Below, one piece after another: positions 24,351-38,124 of a stretch of DNA of 62,686 nucleotides (position 1 is the first letter of the stretch; each line of letters opens with the position of its first letter). The stretch lies in NCBI GenBank assembly GCA_013265495.1, contig MU058478.1, positions 1 to 62,686 of the forward strand. Reading direction: 5' to 3'. Below the pieces are notes generated by a model. It searched no databases, was not told where the DNA came from, and worked only from the letters and a program-made list of their open reading frames with translations. Source of the DNA: Vicugna vicugna (Eukaryota). Made by a program: the position numbers and the translations under genes.

Positions 24351-25494
24351 ACAGAAATCATACCACAAGAAGGGTTTTTAAATATAAATAAATAACAGAT
24401 AAGTAAACAAGCAAGAACAAAAAAATCATGAAATGGAATTCAGTTTAATCCAATGTATGGCCCATCTAAATTCTGGAAATCTACCCACGCCGTGTCCTTC
24501 ATGCCCAGAACACGCCACCACGCCCTCTACACTGACCCCTAGTGGGCTGACCCTCATGCATCCATCAGATCTGTTTAGAGTCTTCTGTATGACACAGAAG
24601 GGCTTACTTCACTCTCAAAAGTGTTAGGTCTTTATTTGATTTATTTTTCTCTGCATCTCACTGTGTTTTTGATAGACTTGTTTTTATCCAGCCTGGAAGC
24701 TTCTGGAGGACAGCCCAGGTCTCAGTCACTGCTCTGGTCTCAAGTTAAACTGTGTGTTCTCCAGACAGCAAAATTTTCAATAAATATTTGTTAAGGGACT
24801 GAGTGTCTGATAAACCTTTTGGAGAACTTTACAGAGTACGTCAAAGAATATCGCTTTTAGCTTTCTCTCACCCAGAAGAGTTTCCTGTGGCCCCTTCAGA
24901 AGTCTTGATTGTGAAGTTGGAAGATGAAAGAAGGGAGGATTAACAGACTTTGGAAGGTGCCATGCTTTTTGGTCGGTCTTCCAAGCCAAGAACTTGGATG
25001 CATGTATGAGGAAATATTGAGACACTGAGTGTCTTGGCTTTCAAGAAACACATTTACTAGGCATACATAGCATGAATCCAATGTCAATGTTGCAAATAAA
25101 TGTGTTTTTTTTTGGATGGATTTATAAACGTGGGTATTAATTCAGAAATTTCAAGTCAGCATCTAGTATATTTGAACATGTGACATTTAAAAAGTGATAA
25201 TGAATTATTTGTTTCCAATGACAAAAAAACACAAGTCCACAAGGACTTGAGTAATGAGGAGATTTTACTGTGATTTTTTTTTTCTATTTAAAACTTTTGG
25301 GGGACAATGCAGCACTGCTGTATTTCTTTAGATATGAATACTATTCCCTCAAAATATATACGTCGACACATTGTCCTTTGGCTTATAAAGTATTGCAATG
25401 GGAGACTAACTTGATGTGAAATTTTTATTCATCTTGTCAACCATCCTGACAAGAAATATGTCATTCTGAAACCACGTATTTCAATGAGTCTTCC

Positions 25495-26260
25495 TATCGA
25501 ATCCCACTTTTGACGTCAACTACTCTGTCACCAACCCCAGCTGGGGTAGTGCAATCTGATTCCGGCCCTAACCACCCAGAGTCAGCACAGAACGCACAAG
25601 AGCACGGTCCACAACCAAATTCCCTTAGGTCACACGAGCTGGCTACAAATCTTAGTAGGTTCCACACAACTCCCCTCAGGTTCAGTAATTAAGTAGAGCT
25701 TTTATTCACTGAACTCAGGAAATAGCATACACTTAATAGTAAAGTTTTATTATAAACAACATAATTGAGCAATAGCCAAATATAGAGTGAGGTCTAGGGA
25801 TTTCTGGAATACAGAATTTGTAAGCCCACTCCTTGTGAAATCAGGGTGCACCATCTTCTTAGCATATCAATGTCTTTTCCACCAAGAAAGCTTCACTGAG
25901 CTTCAGAGTCCAGAATTTGGTGGAAATTGAATTAACACAGATATGATTTACTTAATCATGATGGGCCATAAAATTGAACACAGTATCCAATCTCCTATGC
26001 TCCAGAGATTGAGGGGAGGAGTCAGATGAATATCTGGTGACACAAAGCAACAACTCTCTAATACACAATTGGCCTTCCTGGCATTTCCAGCTCCCATCCT
26101 GATGCTATTAGGGGGGCCAATCATAAGTCTGTTTATTAGCATAATCTCAGGTGTGATCCAAGGAGCTCATAACTACCGAAGACGCTTTTATTGCTTCAAA
26201 AATCTTGTGAATTCTAGCATCTTAGTGCCAAGGATTCAAGACAAGGACCAAAACATAGAG
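25495..26260. mobile_element. MER21-like LTR
   Basis: AACCACCCAGAGTCAGCACAG..GGCTACAAAT..CCCCTCAGGTTCAGTAATT..GAACTCAGGAAA..CAAGGACCAAA resembles the MER21 consensus as recalled. Confidence 0.7.
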
Positions 26261-26369
26261 ACTTAGAGCAAAATACAGTCTATTAAAGTCAGGAATGACA
26301 GAAGAGTGAATATTGCTACTAATATTATTGAATATTATTGAATAAAGAGAATTATACATGTTCAAAAGT

Positions 26370-27230
26370 ATTATATGAACAACACTATGCCAAAATTAAA
26401 TAACATAAATAAAATTGTAAAAAAAATTCCTAGAAAGACATAAAGTGTGAAAAACGACTCATAAAATAGATACAAAATCAGAATAGACTTACCATAAGTA
26501 AAGAGATTTAATTAATACTTTTAAAACTTCTCACAGAGATAAGCTTAGTCCAAAATGTTTTTACCAGTGATTTCTAAAATAAAAAAAAAGAAAAGAAAAT
26601 AAAGAATTGATATAAACTCTTCAGAAAACTCTTGAAGTAACACACCCCAACTCACTCAATCAGAGCAGCATTACACTGTCTCAAAGTCAGATAAAACATT
26701 ACCTAAATATAAATATTATATTATCAGAGACAGCAAACTAGAGGTTAATATGTCTTTTAAATAGAAACACTGAAATCTTTAAGAAAACACTAGCAAACTG
26801 ACTTCAGAAACATATAAAAAGAGTATACACAGAGAAAGTGAGAATTTTTCCAGAAATGCCGTGTTGCCATAGCATCTGAAAATTAATTGACATACCGCAT
26901 ATATAATTATAATGAACGGGAGAAAAAATTTGATTGTATCAGACACAGAAAAATCAATTAACAAAATTCAACAGCTCATGTATATAAATCATATCAAATG
27001 AGCAAATTTATAGAAGCAGAATTTACATTAACAGTTGCATATTGTTGTGACCTGAGAGGTGGCCATGATAAAGGAGTGACTATTGGATGAGCGTAGGGTT
27101 TCTTGGGGTGGGAAGGTGTTAAATATCCTAATATGGATTGTGGTGATGGTTGGACAATTCTATTTATATAAAAAACAAACATTAAATTTTACACTTAAGT
27201 GGAAAATTCCATTTAATTTTATTAAAGTTG
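26370..27230 (+). mobile_element. old L1M: ORF2 RT-region fragment (to ~26980) joined to a 3' UTR fragment
   Basis: AAATTCCTAGAAAGACA..CAGCATTACACTG..ACAAAATTCAACA, then GGATTGTGGTGATGGTTGGACAATTCT. Confidence 0.75.
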
Positions 27231-28610
27231 TTCTAATTCTATTTTCATAAAGCTATTAAAAGATTCAAATGGAAAGGCCAAGTCAAGTGAAACTGGCATG
27301 CCATTCCAGATGTTTGAATAAAAGACAGAGAAAAATACACGTGTAAACATGGTAATGGAAGCTATAAAAAGATGGGTGGAATTTTATAATCTATTCCTGT
27401 TACTATATTGAATTTGGCATAACACAGATGATGTGTAAGAAACTTAATTGAATCTAATAAATCTTAGTTTCTCAGTTGAACAGATCCTCAAATGTCATGT
27501 CTTTTGTGTTCCAATTTTAAACGTTATTTTGCTCTATAAGATTCAGGATCTTTTTGCATTACACTAGTTTTGAAGAGAAAAATGTGTTTACTTAACAACA
27601 GAGCTGGCTTTATTTTATTAAACACAAATTTATGTAGGCCCTATTAATACTTAAAAATATATATTTTAAGTCTAGATTTTCAACCCAGAGAAATGTTATA
27701 AATTATGGTATCTTTAACTTTGGCTTTATAAAAGTAGAAAGAAAAACCCTAAGTGTTTATTATAATAAATACTATTTAAATATATATTCAGGAAAGAAAA
27801 AGATCAGCGTAGAACCCTACTTTTTATTTGTATTATATTATAGTTCCTTTATGATGGTTAATGGAATTATAAAATATAAAAATGGTAGGAATAATTCTAT
27901 AAAGCTACTCTATTCATGCTCAACCTGTAATACATACAAATTTCAAAGAAAAGGGAAAGTTTATAATTACACACAGAAACAAAATTAGCATCCTTTATCT
28001 GCTTTCATCTCATATATAAAACACATTTTTGCTTTTGTGTATTCATATTATCTTCAAAAACTCACCAGGACTAAATGAATGCAAAGTAGTCAGTAAAATT
28101 ACTTCAATATAATTAAATTTGCAGTAATAAAATAGACAGGAGTGTTGCAAATTTAAAGGAAGTGATCATATTATGTGAAGCACTACATTAATTAGGTTTA
28201 TTCCAATGTTTATTATATTTCTAAAATGATTGCTTTGGTATAAACCTGCAGGATGAACACAAGCAAAATTCATTTTTTATTCCTTTCAAGGGTGAAATTA
28301 AACTGTCGAGACTAAAATAAAATGCTCTAAAATTTTAAAATGCTCTAATTTATCTATCTCCAATCACAATTCGATATATTATTTTTTTTTGCCTTTATCA
28401 AATTGCATTTGCTGAAAACATTTAATTTTGTTTTGTTTTGTTTTATCTAAGTGCCTACTGTGGTGTTTACATATATATGAGCTAATGGAATAAGTTTCCT
28501 GCCTATTGGCAATGTTGGCCATGGTTTGTGTCTCTGATTCATTTTCTTCAACTAATAAAAACAAAAAATTCTGTATGCTCATTTTATGAAACACTTACTT
28601 ATAGCATGAG

Positions 28611-29030
28611 TGTCAGCCAAGGGAGGCTGACGTGGGGTTCTAGGAGGTAAGCAGCCCAAATGAAAAAATGCACGAGGATTTGCCAAACCACTGGACAGAC
28701 TTCATCCAGAGACACCAAGGGGTTAACAACACTTTATTGCCACAAGGATGTGTGTGCCTATGATGCACCTGTCCTTGCTTTTTATCTGTTCTCTGCCAAC
28801 ACATGAGCAATGTGAGTTTCTTTGTTCATTAGGCTTACAAAGTATCTCTAGCACATGTATACTTCTATTTTCTTTGTTCTAAATCTTATATAATTGATGC
28901 ATGCAAATAGCAATTATTTACTGCATTACTACAAACATGCTCTGATCGTGGCCTTGGGTCCCACGGCCTTAACTCATCTCAAGGCCAGCTCACAATGAGG
29001 TACTTGGAACTCAAGGTATACCCTTTATCA
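28611..29030 (-). mobile_element. probable old solo LTR
   Basis: TG..CA termini, ~420 bp, minus-strand GATAAAAA followed by AATAAA in LTR-like order. No TSD is recognisable. Confidence 0.45.
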
Positions 29031-30247
29031 TAGTTTTGAAAGTAAGACTGAAGGAAAGTTGTGTTGGAGGAAGAGATATGTTTCCTGTTTAAAATGCTGG
29101 GAATGTTAAGATGATCTGTAAAATGACTCTTAATTGACTCTTATTTAAGTTGATGGGAAAAAAATGTATTTCCTGACCTCAAAAACTCTTTTTGGTCTTA
29201 TAAAATCTTGTGCAAGCACAATAGTTTCAAATTATCCACTTATCACAAGGTTTTGAAATTATTTCTGCTTATTTATCTTCTCTTGCAAATGGATAGCAGG
29301 AATTGTAAGTTTTCACCATTTGATTCCAATTACTAGGGCGGATATGTGGTGCCAGTAATAATGTTTGCTTACAGAATAAATAGTGACTAAATTCACTGCC
29401 TTTCTTAGTATATTTTTAACTAAATATTGGGGACATCTTAGAAGTTCTGAAGTAATCTTTGTTTTGATAACAGGCAGCTTGACTTTTCCAGATGAATTTT
29501 ATTTATCTTTAATAATTTTAGTAGTGCTTGATCAGCTGTCTATTTCATTTTCTCAATTTCTTAGAAATTAGTGAACTTTATGTTTACATCAAGTCATTAA
29601 TATCTTGGAGGAAAAAATCATTTTATTATGTATTTGACAATGTTTAATTAGTTGCTTTTTCTTTATCTTCAAGGATATCTATAATTTCCATAAAACATAT
29701 ACCAGATATAAGTTTCTGCTAAAACTTTTAATAAATAAATTTCTAAAACTTCTTAATAAATCCTTATGAAAACTTTAGTTTAACTTTGTGAGAAAATATT
29801 TTAAATTTTATACTCAAAATCCTTGATGATTTATGGTCTTCAGATATCCTCTTTCTGTTCTAGTAAATACTACATGCGATTGGCAGAATTATCTACACAT
29901 TATAGCTGGGTAAACTGATATTCCCAGAATCAGTGATGAGTATTGAAACCATGAAGCTGGTAAGTGTGAGAGCTACAGTTGACGCCCACATTTGGGTGAC
30001 GAGGTACCACTTCTTTATGGTTAACTTATATCACATAATAAAGATGATTAAACACAAGAATGCATTAACCATTTATCAAATAATTTCAGGCAATCTTCGT
30101 GCAATCTCTAGCAGTTAGAATATATTTTATATCATATTTTCTATCATATATTTAAAATCTTGTTTTACCTTTGTTGATTTAGGTGTTATTTTTCTGCCTT
30201 GGAGATTTCAACTGTATAAATAGAGCATAAAATGAGTAAATAAACAG

Positions 30248-30322
30248 AATTTTTGATTAATTTCATTGTTGTAGGCAGCTAATTAATTTTTTGATTAATT
30301 TGATTGCTGTAGGCAGGTAATT
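30248..30322. repeat. diverged 37/38-bp tandem duplication
   Basis: TTTTGATTAATTTCATTGTTGTAGGCAGCTAATTAAT and TTTTGATTAATTTGATTGCTGTAGGCAGGTAATTAAT. Confidence 0.9.
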
Positions 30323-30489
30323 AATATCCAATTAATTCTCATATATTTCTTCAACTACTGAAATGGATGCATTTCTCAATAGCCAGGACACCTTTAGCAT
30401 TGATGACCAATACATATGTATTAAAAAGCAGTGGTTGTGGAAGGTCAAATATATATTCTTTCCCTCTGCAAGTTGTTAGACAGAATATA

Positions 30490-30557
30490 ATTCATACCAC
30501 TAAACTGTACAATTAAAAATAGTTTAGATGATAAATTTTATGCGACTTTTACAATAA
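30490..30557 (+). mobile_element. old L1M 3' stub
   Basis: CCACTAAACTGTACAATTAAAAATAGTTTAGATGATAAATTTTATG..ACAATAA. Confidence 0.65.
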
Positions 30558-31637
30558 TGAGTTACTAATTATTGCAATGTGACACCTTTTAAAAATCATT
30601 TCACTATCACCTACTTAGGTTTATATATTAAAAATAAACCAAGTCAAATAATCCTAAAATATATAATAATGAGCATTAATGCTTCAAGTTTGGGTTCAAT
30701 AATTTCTCAATTCTGGTTATACTTACAAGGTCACTTTTGCTAATTCTTAGCTGATCAATTGATCAAATTGGAGAAATTAAACTACGCAGATACCAATTTT
30801 CTGGAATGCTTAAAATAGTTACTGAACATATCTGGTTACATTTGCTTCTAAATAGCTCTTTAAATAGAGAAATTAATAGCAATGCATATTTTTTAAAGCT
30901 CCTTTAAAACAGTATTCATTCTTAAACGATATTGGATTTTTTTAAAAAAATGTGAGCGGAAGATGTGGTGAATATTAAACAGAGCTCACAAGCTTGAGGG
31001 GAAGTCAATGGAAGAAAATGGTCTTATTGTGCAACAGTTTATTCCTTATGCAGAATTTAAAAAAAAAAAGAAACAGAATCTGTTATTTTTTTTAGTTCTT
31101 TATAAACACATGCTAAAGGGATTTGCTTTCCTCTGGAAAATGAGTTAAGATTCACAAGAGACAAAACAGACACACAGAACTCTAAACAGAGCCCTGCTCT
31201 TCTCACTTCTGGAAATGTGATTCCAGCCTCCAGTGGCGGGTGAGTTTTGTTTTGTTTTTTTTTAAGAAGTTTAAGAGGAAATGCTGACTATTCCAGACTG
31301 CTGATAATACTACTCAGAAAAAAGGGCTTTTGTGAGAAATAAGCCAATCTTAGGTCATCTTAGTTAACTGGATCACTTCACTCTACCTGAGAGAGCCTTC
31401 AATACCCCAATAGAACAGGGTTGCAAGATTTTCCAAACATAATGGGCAATAAAATCTTCATTTCAATGGAGCATCTCCTAGGTCTGAATTCAACCAGAAA
31501 TTCTGGAAATTTCTATGGCACTGTACACAAAAGGCTGGGATCCAGAGACATTAGAGAATTCCATATGGCTCAGTCTTGCTAAAACCTCCATTCAAAGCCA
31601 AGTTCACTATTCATAGCCTACTAGAAGGCAGTGGTTA

Positions 31638-31660
31638 NNNNNNNNNNNNNNNNNNNNNNN
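31638..31660. other. assembly gap (23 N)
   Basis: Run of N. Confidence 1.
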
Positions 31661-34159
31661 CCTTTTTCTGTTTTTTTTTTTTCTTTTTTTTTTTTTTAGT
31701 TTGCAAGGGCAAAAATGGCCTTCTTTCTGGGAAAGAAAAAGTTAAAACCATTTTGCAGAAAGACATGGAGCTAACATGGACTTTGGCGTCTACAGACAGA
31801 CTTTGCTCCGCCACTTACAAAGCTACCAACTCAGAAAGATTCTCGTCTGTGTGAAACTAGTCACATTTTATAACTACCCATCAGGTTGAGGGAATATTAA
31901 GGGAAAAACTTACCCACCACATGGATTTTTCCTTCATTTTTGTTTCTTTGTAGCTGGTTTCTCAACTTTTTAGTCTAAATACCAAAAAGAACAAACAAAC
32001 AAACAAAAAACCAGTATTCATCAAGGGTGACTGACGCCATTGGACATTGATTTAGAGCTGAGTCCCCTTGAAGGCCACGCCACTCGCCCTTTCCCCACAG
32101 GACGAAACACAGGACTCAAAACCCACTTGTTCCTGGGTGGGTTACATGTGCCCCGAATAGCCTACAGCGTACATGTTAAAATAAACCTCTGTTTTCCTAA
32201 TTTATAACATAATAAACATCCACAAGAGTTGAAAAAAAACCACGCAACTGCGTATGTCACAGTTGAGTTCCATTTTAAAGATGACTTAAACGAATAAACA
32301 AATTCACTGTTATTGTTTTCAAGGGAAATTTCCCAGTCCTGATTCAACAGACCATTCTTAGGGACGCGGTGATGGAGGATGTGTTTTCTTAACCGTGCAT
32401 CTACACCAGACCATCAGGATGACCTTTTAATCTGTGTGCTAATGCTGAGATCTTTCAGGGGAGTTTTTTTTGGTTTACTTTTTGTTTTTCTTTTCAGCTA
32501 CTGATTGTTTATTGCACAAGCAACTGGCAGCAAAGACGTGCCACTGAATGTGAAATTGTGTTACGTTATCCACTACCCTGTGGGTCCCTGTCATGGGCTG
32601 TTTCCTACTTAATTTAATAAGGAAAAAATATTTGAGTGCTAAAGAGCATCAAACCTATTGGCAGCAAATTAGCCAGTTGGTAGCTCTTTACATTTGAATA
32701 ATTGCTCAGCACGTCTTGGACTAACCACCCACACTCTCCTCCCTTCCTTCCCTTCTCATAAATATTTTTTCCTATTTCCTTAACACTGGTTAAGTAGGAG
32801 TCATTTTATTAAAATTAAAAAAAATAAATTTCTTCTTATTGATCCTTTAAACGTCTACACAGTCCAGAAGAGACACCAAAAATGCTCCATTACTTTTCCT
32901 CTTAAGCTGTGCATCACACCACTGTGAGCTCACTGGACAAACTGGGATTCCCTCCATTTTTAGCTGAAGCCTCTCCTCCTCAATCAGGTACCACAATCTT
33001 TCCACCTCTTCACATTCCTTGGTGTTTCCAAACTTAAAATGCCACAAAATTATAATTAAACTATTGACCTATTTATTTGCTAAAAGACTTTATTTAACAT
33101 AATACGTTTTCATAGCTATATATGAAATTATTTTTTCCCTTTCAGAAATAAGACTGTTTTTATTTCAAACTTCTGATCATGTAAGAGAGAATTTACTGAA
33201 ACACCCTGCTGATCGTAATGTTATGTGCATATAAATCCTTAAAAGAAAGTAGATTTGAGCCCAGCAATTTTTCAGTTATTCAACCATGAATGTCCATTAA
33301 ATGGTAACTTATATAACACAATGTCTTTTATATAACAGATTCTCAAACATTTGATACAATAGATATATATATATTAATTTTATACGCATATCTACATATA
33401 TTGTTGCATGTGAAATTAAATTACCAATTGTAGGAAGTGCAGTGCAACAGAATCTTGACTGAAATGAGAGTCTGCAGAAAAATTTATTTTTTTTTAAATT
33501 TAGCACAATTTCATTATGATGAAAAAGGTGACTTTAAAATTAATTTGGAAACTTTTCCACCCTGACATTTACAATAGTCTCACCCTTGCCGCTGAAACCC
33601 ATTGATTGTTCTTAGAATTCAGATAAAAACGTTTCAGAAAGTTGGAAGGGAATAATTTTAGCCAATTTTGAGTTGCTCAAGCATGAAGAAATGGCATTTC
33701 GTTGACATTTTAAAAAGATTCTCCCTACGAATTCGAGGGTTTCAGAAATACTTTATTCTTAAACACTAAAGTAAGAATAGAATATGAAGAGTTGGTCTGA
33801 AGTAATATGATACACTTTTCTGAAAGCATAGGCTTATAATAGCAACGCTCATAGAATATTCCACAAGTTTCCACCGACTTGCAGTGACTTGATATGGTAG
33901 ACACTGCAAGTAACTTATTCATTGACATTGAATTAAATTTTACCCATTTCAAGACACAAGTGTTTATTGAGAAGTTATGTAACTTTACAAATATTTAGAA
34001 TCAATAGTGATAACATTATGACAACTGTAATTAAATAAAGGACTGTATATATGCAGTGTGAGATAAATGGGTGACGTTAATAATGCAATGCCAAGTTTTG
34101 GAAAATAAATTGGAATACTCTAATGGTTTTTGAAAAGTTTTTGCATATGTGGGTAATTT

Positions 34160-36512
34160 TTTTTTCTTTATCCATTCATCCACTGACGAACTTTTACAAT
34201 GATTTCTATAACTTGACCCCTGTAAATACCATTGTAAATAATGCTGTAATAAACACAAGAGTGCAAATATCTCTTTGAGACAGTGATTCAATTCCCTTCG
34301 GGTATATATACACCCAGAAGTGGGATTATCGGATCATAGAGAAGTTCAATTTTTCATTTTGGGTGGAACCGCCATCTTGTTTTCCACCAGTTTTCATTCC
34401 CACCAATAATGTCCAAGGATTTCTTTTTCTCCACACACTAACTAACATTTGTTATTTCTAGTCTTTTTATAATAAACTCCCCAACGGGTGTGAGGTGATA
34501 GGACCATGTAGTTTTTATTTGCATTTCCCCTATGATTAGTGACACTGAAGATCTTTTCATATACTTGTGCCATTTGCGTGACTTCTTTGGAAAAAATGCA
34601 CATTTGGGTCCTTTGCCTGCTCTTTCATCATGTTATTTGCTTTTTCATTGTTTTTGTTTCTTAATTGTTATGATTTCCATATATATATATAAATATATAC
34701 ACATATATATTTGCTATTGTTACTTAAAACAGCATATTAGTTTCAGGTGTACAGCATAGTGATTCTAAATTTTTATAGATTATATTCTATTTAAAGTTAT
34801 AAAATACTGGCTAAATTCCCTATTCTTTATAATATATCCTTTCAGTGTATTTATTTTATGTATAGTAGTTGGTAAAGTCTTAATTCCCTACCCCCATCTT
34901 GCCCCGCCCCCTTCCCTCTCCCCGCTGGTAACCAGTGGTTTGTTTTCTACATCTGTGTCCCTGTTTCTGTTTTGTTACATTCATTTGTTTCATTTCTTAG
35001 ATTCCACATATGAATAATGTAGAGTCCGGGTCTGTCTCTGTGTGACGGTTCACTTAGTGTGATACCCTCTAGGTCCAGCCATGTTCTTGCAAATGGCAGA
35101 ATTTCATTCTTTTTTATTCCGAGTAGCATTTTTATCACATACATAGGCTGTATCTTTATCCATCCATCTGTGGATGGACACCTAGGTTGTTTCCAAATGT
35201 TGTCAATTGTAAGTAATGCTGCTACAAACATTGGGGTGCAAGTGTCTTCTATCTTTTTGAGTTGTTTTTTGTGTTTTGAGTTGTTTTTTTTTTTTTTTTT
35301 TTTTAGCAATATCTCTGATAATTACTGCTGTTAAGCACCTTTTCATTTGCCTGTTAGTCATCTGTATGTCTTCTTTGGAGAAATATCTGTTCAGATCCCC
35401 TGCCCATTTTTTCAATCCGATAGTTTAGCTTTTTGCTCTTTGTTGTATGAGCTCATGATATATTTTGGATATTAACCCCTTATAAGAGATGTCATTTGCA
35501 AATATTTTCTTCTGACTCGTAGGTTGCCTTTTCATTTTGTTGATGCTCTGTTCACTGTGCTGTCTGATGTGGTCCCCCTTGTTTATCACTGCTTCTGTTG
35601 CCTCTCATGCTGCTGAGATAGGGCATAGCCATTCAAGGAACGCTACAGCAATTAACATCAAAATGGTGGAAGATTCAACCCCCAGGAGGCCTTGAGGCTC
35701 AAGATGGTGGGAGATTTGACGTCTAGTAGACCTTGAGCTTCACTATACGTCCGTTGTAATATATCAGCATGGTGAATAACATGCCCACAGGCACCATGGC
35801 AGTTCCAATGCTGACCACAGAAGGTCACAGGGTGGGAAATGGCCAACTTCCTGGGAATCTCAGCCCCTTCCCCAGGCCACTTAGGCTAGTCCTTCCACTT
35901 ATTAGCATATGAAGCCACTGAGCCTATAAAAATGGGCAACACTGCCCCTCTTGGCCATTCTCTCTCTCCCTCTTTGGAGATGGCCCACACTCTGTGGAGT
36001 GTGTACCTACTTTTAATCTGAGCACCCAACCCCCACACCTCGTGGCCTTTCTCTTGCCTTTCAAGGTATCGCTCTGAATAAATCTACCTTCATTCAACCA
36101 TGGCTTGCTCTTGAATTCCTTCCTGTGCAAAGCCAAAGACCCACACTTGGCGGGGCACATCTCAGGGGCTCCCCCGGGACCTGGGACACAGCCCTCCTCA
36201 CGCCCCCATCTGTTTTCCTGCATCACTGGCAGCAAACCCAGAAAAATCACCACCAAGTCTGACGTTAAGAGTCTTACCACCTATGCTTTCTCCTCGGTGT
36301 TTGATGCCTGCAGGTCTGACTTCCAAGTCCTTAATCCATTTTGCATTGATTTTTGTGTACTATATAAAGTAGAAGTCCAATTTTCTTTCTTTTGCTTGTG
36401 GCTGTCCAGTTTCCCCAATACCATTTATCGAAGACACTATTCTTTCCCTGCTGTGTATTCTTGGCCCCTTCATTGCAAGCCACTGGACCATATCTATGTG
36501 GGTTTTATTTCT
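34160..36512 (-). mobile_element. antisense L1 cluster: older L1 pieces (~34160-34640, ~35310-35613, ~36226-36512) with a nested younger L1 3' end (~34715-35250) and an LTR
   Basis: The minus-strand ORF 34947-35309 gives [53 protein letters not shown] 35203-35415 gives [18 protein letters not shown]. Both are L1 ORF2 motifs. Confidence 0.88.
35614..36225 (+). mobile_element. MER41-like solo ERV1 LTR, 612 bp
   Basis: TG..CA termini; near-TSD CTGC/CTGG; TATAAA at 35925-35930 and AATAAA at 36077-36082. The motifs TTAGCATAT..ATAAAAATGGGCAAC and TGAATTCCTTCCTGTGC..CCAA match MER41 as recalled. Confidence 0.82.
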
Positions 36513-38124
36513 GGAAAGACTGATATTTATGCTGTCCACTACTGGTTACATTTAATCTATAAATACAATCCTTACTTTAAAAATAACACCATACAAACAT
36601 TTATCATAAGGAAGGTAGACGGACATGTTAGTGCAACAGAAATTAAGCTTCCAAAAAAGGTATGTAAACCAAATAGACAGAAACTCCCTCGGGTCAGCCC
36701 ACCTCCCATTCTTAGACTTGTCTTTTTCTTTTCTAAATAAATCTTTAAAATCTTTTGGCACACAATGCACCATCTCCTGACTGTAAACCTATCTTTCAGG
36801 TAAGACAAGATCTGTGATCTTTACCTTTTTGGGGCAACAATACTGGCATATTGTAAAAGGTTCCTTTTTGCTCTTTTTCCTTATTTAGTCTCCTTATAAT
36901 CTCTTTCTCACCCTGCTAAAAATAAACATTAGATATGCTACGTAAATAAGACACAGGTTGTGTGCTAATAGATCGTGCAATTATTGTTTCTGTTTGATTG
37001 ACTAACATTTTTTCTTTATTTTCTATTGTCTAATTTTCCTTTATTTAGCATATACAATACCTATCATACAAAATAATAAGCTTTTGTAAACTAAAGCAAA
37101 AAAACAAAAAACCTAGAAATAAAATATGCAATTAGATGCACAACATATCCATCTAATTTTTTAAGACATTTACTTTCAGTATATTTTAATTAAAAACTAT
37201 GTATTATCCATTATTCTTTCTTAGTGATCATTTTTTCCCATAAATTCTTTACATTCAGAAGTCTCTATGTCATTTTAAATTATCTTGGCAGAAGTTAAGC
37301 TCTGGAGAATTATTCCTGTCCCAAACTGTGTCAATCAGAATATTTCACCATACCATAATTCTTTTGATCCCTCTCAGAGGAGTAATAAACTTCAGAATTG
37401 TTTAAGGCGCTGCTTTTACTTCAAGCCCATTTTGACAGGTGTACAAACTGTAGGCAGATTAAAAAAAATTGACTCAGAAATATATGGATTTAAAAAAAAA
37501 TCTCTGCATACGTCTTGTCAACCTTTATATGTGTTTCTTGTGATATAATTGCTTTTTGTTCTTTAAATAGAAAAGTCAGCTTAATCTTCAGTCCTTCAAT
37601 TTATGTTATAAATAAAACAATATTATACATCAGGACCTACTTATAAAATAAACCCATGATGAGGTTTTCAATTCAGGGATATATGTGTAAACATTTTCAA
37701 ATATCCAGTATTTTCCAAGGATAATTGTTTTAAAAGTGTGTTCAACATGCCACATGTTTTCCTAGAGGCAGGAACAGCTTTAAAATAATCATGTGCGTCC
37801 AAGAGCTCATGTGGATTCAAAAGAAGACAATGACTGGTTTGGTTTTTTAAAAACTTTAAACATGAAAATATGGTTTTAATTCATCTTAACTAATTTAACA
37901 TCATGGATTCAACATCCTACTGTATTATAATATCCAAGGTAATTATAATAGAGAATTGTGATTTTAAGTGTCGTATATTTGTACTGTGAGTTCAAAAAAA
38001 GAAAAAGAAATTAATGTGTGTGTTTGGGACATGATCTCAAAAGCAGCAGAGAGGGCATAGTGAAAGGAAGACAAGGGAGAGAGAGAGAAAAAAAATAAAA
38101 CAAGAAAGACAGAAAAACCAATAA

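Noticed and set aside
36105..36740. 211-aa plus-strand ORF
   Set aside because: It is a chimera of the LTR 3' end, antisense L1 and flank, has a non-ATG start (TTG), and shows no recognisable domain.
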